From the NCBI GenBank assembly GCA_910577525.1, contig CAJTLI010000006.1, forward strand, positions 61,535 to 84,804: a DNA stretch of 23,270 bases, given 5' to 3'. Below, piece by piece: positions 20,664 through 23,270 of the stretch; positions within the stretch are counted from its first letter, which is position 1; every line of letters starts with the position of its first letter. Source of the DNA: an uncultured Oscillospiraceae bacterium (GTDB lineage: Bacteria > Bacillota > Clostridia > Oscillospirales > Oscillospiraceae). A model generated the notes under the pieces. It saw nothing but the letters and a program-made list of their open reading frames with translations. It had not been told where the DNA came from and made no database searches. Made by a program: the position numbers and the translations under genes.

Positions 20664-21506
20664 TCACTTCATGTCGCCGGGTTTCAGGTTGTCCATGTCG
20701 TCGAAGGCCTGGTTCTCGCCGCACATGGCCCAGATAAAGGTGTAGTTGGCGGTGCCGCAGCCGCTGTGGACGGACCAGGAGGGAGAGATCACCGCGTCGA
20801 AATTCCGCATCACCAGATGCCGGGTCTCGTCGGGCCGGCCCATCATGTGGAAAACCACCTGGTCCTCCGGAATCTCAAAGTAGGTGTACACCTCCATCCG
20901 GCGCTCGTGGGTGTGGCTGGGCATGGTGTTCCACACGCTGCCCGGGGCCAGCTGGGTCAGGCCCATGGTGAGCTGGCAGGTCTCCAGCACGTCGGGGTGG
21001 ATGAACTGGTTGATGACCCGCTCATTGGCCAGCGTTTTGTCGCCGCAGGGGCGGTGGTTGGCGTTCTCCATGGTGAGCAGGGTGGTTTTGCAGGGCTTGT
21101 GGGCGGGGCTGGAGGCCAGGTAGAACCTGGCCGGATTGGCGGGGTCCTGACTGCTGAAGCAGACCTCCCTGGCGCCCATGGAGATATACAGGCAGTCCTC
21201 ATAGCCCAGGTCGTAACGGATTCCGTCCACCTCAACGGAGCCCCTGCCGCCCAGGTTGAACACGCCGGCCTCCCGGCGCTCCAGGAAGAAGCTGGTCCCG
21301 AAATTATGCCAGACATCCATGCCCTTGTCCACTGGCACCTTCTCGTTCACCGGCAGGATGCCCATGACCACCATGCGGTCCACGTGGGAATAGGCCGCCT
21401 TTACGGTGTCGGGCTCGTACAGGCCGGTGATGAGAAACTCGTCGCGCAGCTCCTGAGTGGTGTAGCGTTTCACGTCCTGGGGATTTGCGGAATAGCGGAT
21501 ATCCAT
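20664..21506 (-). CDS. kduI: 5-dehydro-4-deoxy-D-glucuronate isomerase
   Basis: 280 aa with KduI hallmarks: MDIRYSANPQDVKRYTTQELRDEFLI, ERREAGVFNLGG, GSVWNTMPSHTHERRMEVYTYF, HSGCGTANYTFIWAMCGEN. Confidence 0.95.
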   Translation of the reverse strand: MDIRYSANPQDVKRYTTQELRDEFLITGLYEPDTVKAAYSHVDRMVVMGILPVNEKVPVDKGMDVWHNFGTSFFLERREAGVFNLGGRGSVEVDGIRYDLGYEDCLYISMGAREVCFSSQDPANPARFYLASSPAHKPCKTTLLTMENANHRPCGDKTLANERVINQFIHPDVLETCQLTMGLTQLAPGSVWNTMPSHTHERRMEVYTYFEIPEDQVVFHMMGRPDETRHLVMRNFDAVISPSWSVHSGCGTANYTFIWAMCGENQAFDDMDNLKPGDMK

Positions 21507-21518
21507 AAATATTCTCCT

Positions 21519-22622
21519 TTACTTGACACTTTGGACCGGCTCGCGGGCAATGATGTTTTCCGTCTCCCCGTCAAAAAGGTACACCTCGCCGAAGGGGATG
21601 GAGAACACGATCTCGCTGTCGATCTCCGGCGTATCGTGGGGATCGACCTTCAAAATGGCCTTGTCCTCCCCTGCGGTGATATAGACGTTGGTGTTGTCGC
21701 CCAGCATCTCGGTGAGCTCCACACCGGCCGTCACATGGTAGGCCCCGGCCGCCTGCCCCAGCTCGATGGCCTCGGGCCGGAAGCCAAACACGATCTCCCT
21801 TCCCTCGTACTCCTTGGCCCTTTCGCCCAGCCGGGCGGCCACGTCCAGGGTGTTGGACCCGAAGGGGATTTTGCCGCCCTTCACCGCGGCACGGATAAAG
21901 TTCATGGGCGGCTCGCCGATGAAGCCGGCCACAAACACGTTGACGGGGTTGTGATACAGGTCATAGGGCGTGCCCACCTGCTGGACATAGCCGTCCTTCA
22001 TCACCACAATGCGGTCGGCCAGGGTCATGGCCTCGGTCTGGTCGTGGGTGACGTAGATGGTGGTGGCGCCGGTCTCCCGGTGGATCTGGGCGATCTCGGA
22101 GCGCATGGTGACGCGCTGCTTGGCGTCCAGGTTGGACAGCGGCTCGTCCATCAGGAACACGCCCACCCTGCGGATGATGGCCCGGCCGATGGCCACGCGT
22201 TGGCGCTGGCCGCCGGACAGCGCCCGGGGCAGGCGGTCCAGGTAGTCGGTGAGGCCCAGGATGGCGGCGGTCTTCTTCACCTTCTCCTCGATGACCTCCT
22301 CGTCCACCCCCTGGAGGGTGAGGCCGAAGGCGATGTTGTCAAACACCGTCATCTGGGGATAGAGGGCGTAGCTCTGGAACACCATGGCCACCTCCCGCTC
22401 CCGGGGGCCCATCTCGTTGGCCCGGACCCCGTTGATGAGGAATTCCCCGTTGGAGATGTCCTCCAGCCCCGCGATCATCCGCAGTGTCGTGGATTTACCG
22501 CAGCCAGACGGGCCGACAAAGACGATAAATTCCCCCCTGTCAATCTCCAGGTTGAAATTGTGGACCGCGTGGTAGCCGTTGGGGTAGATTTTATTGATGT
22601 CTTTCAGGGTTAAATACGACAT
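21519..22622 (-). CDS. sugar ABC transporter ATP-binding protein (MalK/MsmK/MsmX/UgpC type), with no cognate permease or binding protein in the window
   Basis: 367 aa from the ATG at 22622 (AAGGAGA 8 nt upstream; the track ORF starts 7 codons earlier). Walker A GPSGCGKST, Q-loop VFQSYALYP, signature LSGGQRQRVAIGRA, Walker B FLMDEPLSNLD, H-loop VTHDQ, and a C-terminal MalK-type regulatory/TOBE-like domain. Confidence 0.9.
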   Translation of the reverse strand: MSYLTLKDINKIYPNGYHAVHNFNLEIDRGEFIVFVGPSGCGKSTTLRMIAGLEDISNGEFLINGVRANEMGPREREVAMVFQSYALYPQMTVFDNIAFGLTLQGVDEEVIEEKVKKTAAILGLTDYLDRLPRALSGGQRQRVAIGRAIIRRVGVFLMDEPLSNLDAKQRVTMRSEIAQIHRETGATTIYVTHDQTEAMTLADRIVVMKDGYVQQVGTPYDLYHNPVNVFVAGFIGEPPMNFIRAAVKGGKIPFGSNTLDVAARLGERAKEYEGREIVFGFRPEAIELGQAAGAYHVTAGVELTEMLGDNTNVYITAGEDKAILKVDPHDTPEIDSEIVFSIPFGEVYLFDGETENIIAREPVQSVK

Positions 22623-22697
22623 GATCCTTGTCTCCTTACACATGGATTTATGGCTCGCGCCACAGGTTGCGGAATCTTAGAACCTGAATTCCCCATA

Positions 22698-22726
22698 TGG
22701 ACAAAACCGGCGAAATACGTTATAAT
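22698..22726 (+). promoter_or_regulatory. candidate promoter TGGACA-17-TATAAT for the AraC-family gene
   Basis: TGGACA 22698-22703, 17-nt spacer, TATAAT 22721-22726, 40 nt upstream of the ATG at 22767. Confidence 0.5.
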
Positions 22727-22766
22727 ATTTTAACCGCCCAAACAGGCAGAAAGGAGCAGCTGCGCC

Positions 22767-23270
22767 ATGAACAATATCATCTATGTGGGCAAGCACGCCC
22801 TTACATGGACGGTATCCCGCCATCTCCACAAGGGCTGGGAGCTGATCTACTGCACCAAGGGCAGCGGCCGGCTGATGTTTGCCGACCGGTCCCTGAGCTA
22901 TGGCGAAAACGATGTGGCCATCATCCCTCCCATGTCGCCCCATACCAACGTCAGCGAAGACGGCTTCACCAACATCCACATGAACCTGCTGGACGCCTCC
23001 CTGCCCCAGACGGAGCCCTTCATTATCCGGGCCGACTCCAACGGTTTTCTGCTGGACGCCTTCACCGCCGCCTTCTACTACTACTCGGAGGCCTCCGCCG
23101 CCCACACGGTGCTCCCCCTCTACGGCCAGCTGATTGTGGGGCTGCTCACCAGCTGCCAGCCCAACCGCCGGCACAGCGACACCGTTCAGCGCATCGAGGA
23201 CCACATTTTGCAGCACTATCCCGACTGCACCTATGATCTGAACGGCTACCTGAACTCTCTCCCCTTCAAC
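22767..23270 (+). CDS. AraC-family transcriptional regulator, N-terminal 168 codons (continues past the right edge)
   Basis: Absent from the track because it is open at the edge. From the ATG at 22767 (AAAGGAG 10 nt upstream) it reads MNNIIYVGKHALTWTVSRHLHKGWELIYCTKGSGRLMF...IIPPMSPH..., a cupin-type sensor domain. It continues ...IEDHILQHYPDCTYDLNGYLNSLPFN, the typical entry into the AraC HTH region. The overlapping track ORF 22697..23236 is in another frame and is R/P/H/G-rich junk. Confidence 0.75.
   Translation, partial: MNNIIYVGKHALTWTVSRHLHKGWELIYCTKGSGRLMFADRSLSYGENDVAIIPPMSPHTNVSEDGFTNIHMNLLDASLPQTEPFIIRADSNGFLLDAFTAAFYYYSEASAAHTVLPLYGQLIVGLLTSCQPNRRHSDTVQRIEDHILQHYPDCTYDLNGYLNSLPFN

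Noticed and set aside
20652-22613. 653-aa plus-strand ORF antisense to kduI and the sugar ABC ATPase
   Set aside because: Shadow ORF spanning two well-supported minus-strand genes and their intergenic RBS, with a low-complexity G/H/V/D/L/A composition.
22697-23236. 179-aa ORFs on both strands at the right edge (22697..23236 plus and 22677..23216 minus)
   Set aside because: Both are R/P/H/G-rich. The third frame from the ATG at 22767 gives a clean AraC-type cupin domain with an RBS and remains open to the window edge.
1-23270. CRISPR arrays, tRNA/rRNA genes, transposases, integrases, and phage or defence-system genes
   Set aside because: There are no regularly spaced direct repeats and no T-loop/anticodon-arm patterns. 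No ORF has a recombinase, nuclease or ATPase architecture beyond the transporters described. The window appears to be ordinary chromosome with small accessory insertions.

Overview
This is a high-GC Firmicutes/Clostridia-style chromosomal segment. The assignment rests on GGAGG-type RBSs, rny, glpP and a PadR-DUF2812 pair; taxonomy is inference only. The window is a mosaic of small housekeeping and accessory operons. No rRNA, tRNA, CRISPR array, transposase or integrase could be supported.

Gene content, left to right:
1. A glycerol/dihydroxyacetone locus: glpK (partial), a DhaS-like TetR regulator and the glpP antiterminator on the minus strand, divergent from dhaK-dhaL-dhaM.
2. A type-A chloramphenicol acetyltransferase, divergent from a two-gene heterodimeric ABC exporter with one degenerate ATP site.
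3. A PadR regulator plus a DUF2812 membrane protein, behind a near-consensus promoter carrying three phased palindromic operators.
4. dCMP deaminase overlapping an ApbE flavin-transferase lipoprotein.
5. A ~630-bp ORF-free, repeat- and structure-rich spacer, followed by RNase Y (rny).
6. A ~0.5-kb low-GC islet encoding a small membrane-anchored protein, then a stand-alone DUF2156 (aminoacyl-PG-synthase-like) protein.
7. A UraA-like uracil permease, preceded by a leader-peptide/terminator attenuator candidate and followed by a REP/MITE-like inverted-repeat cluster.
8. A minus-strand hexuronate/pectin operon (orphan MsmK-type ATPase, kduI, kduD, esterase, TIM-barrel isomerase), divergent from a partial AraC regulator.

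I see no obvious multi-gene novel defence or mobile system. The observations most worth a second look are non-coding:
- the uraA leader attenuator;
- the 118-nt three-helix element after apbE;
- the rny leader;
- the REP-like 17-mers;
- the PadR operator array.

The low-GC islet gene also merits follow-up. The many long antisense ORFs in the track are GC-driven shadow ORFs.
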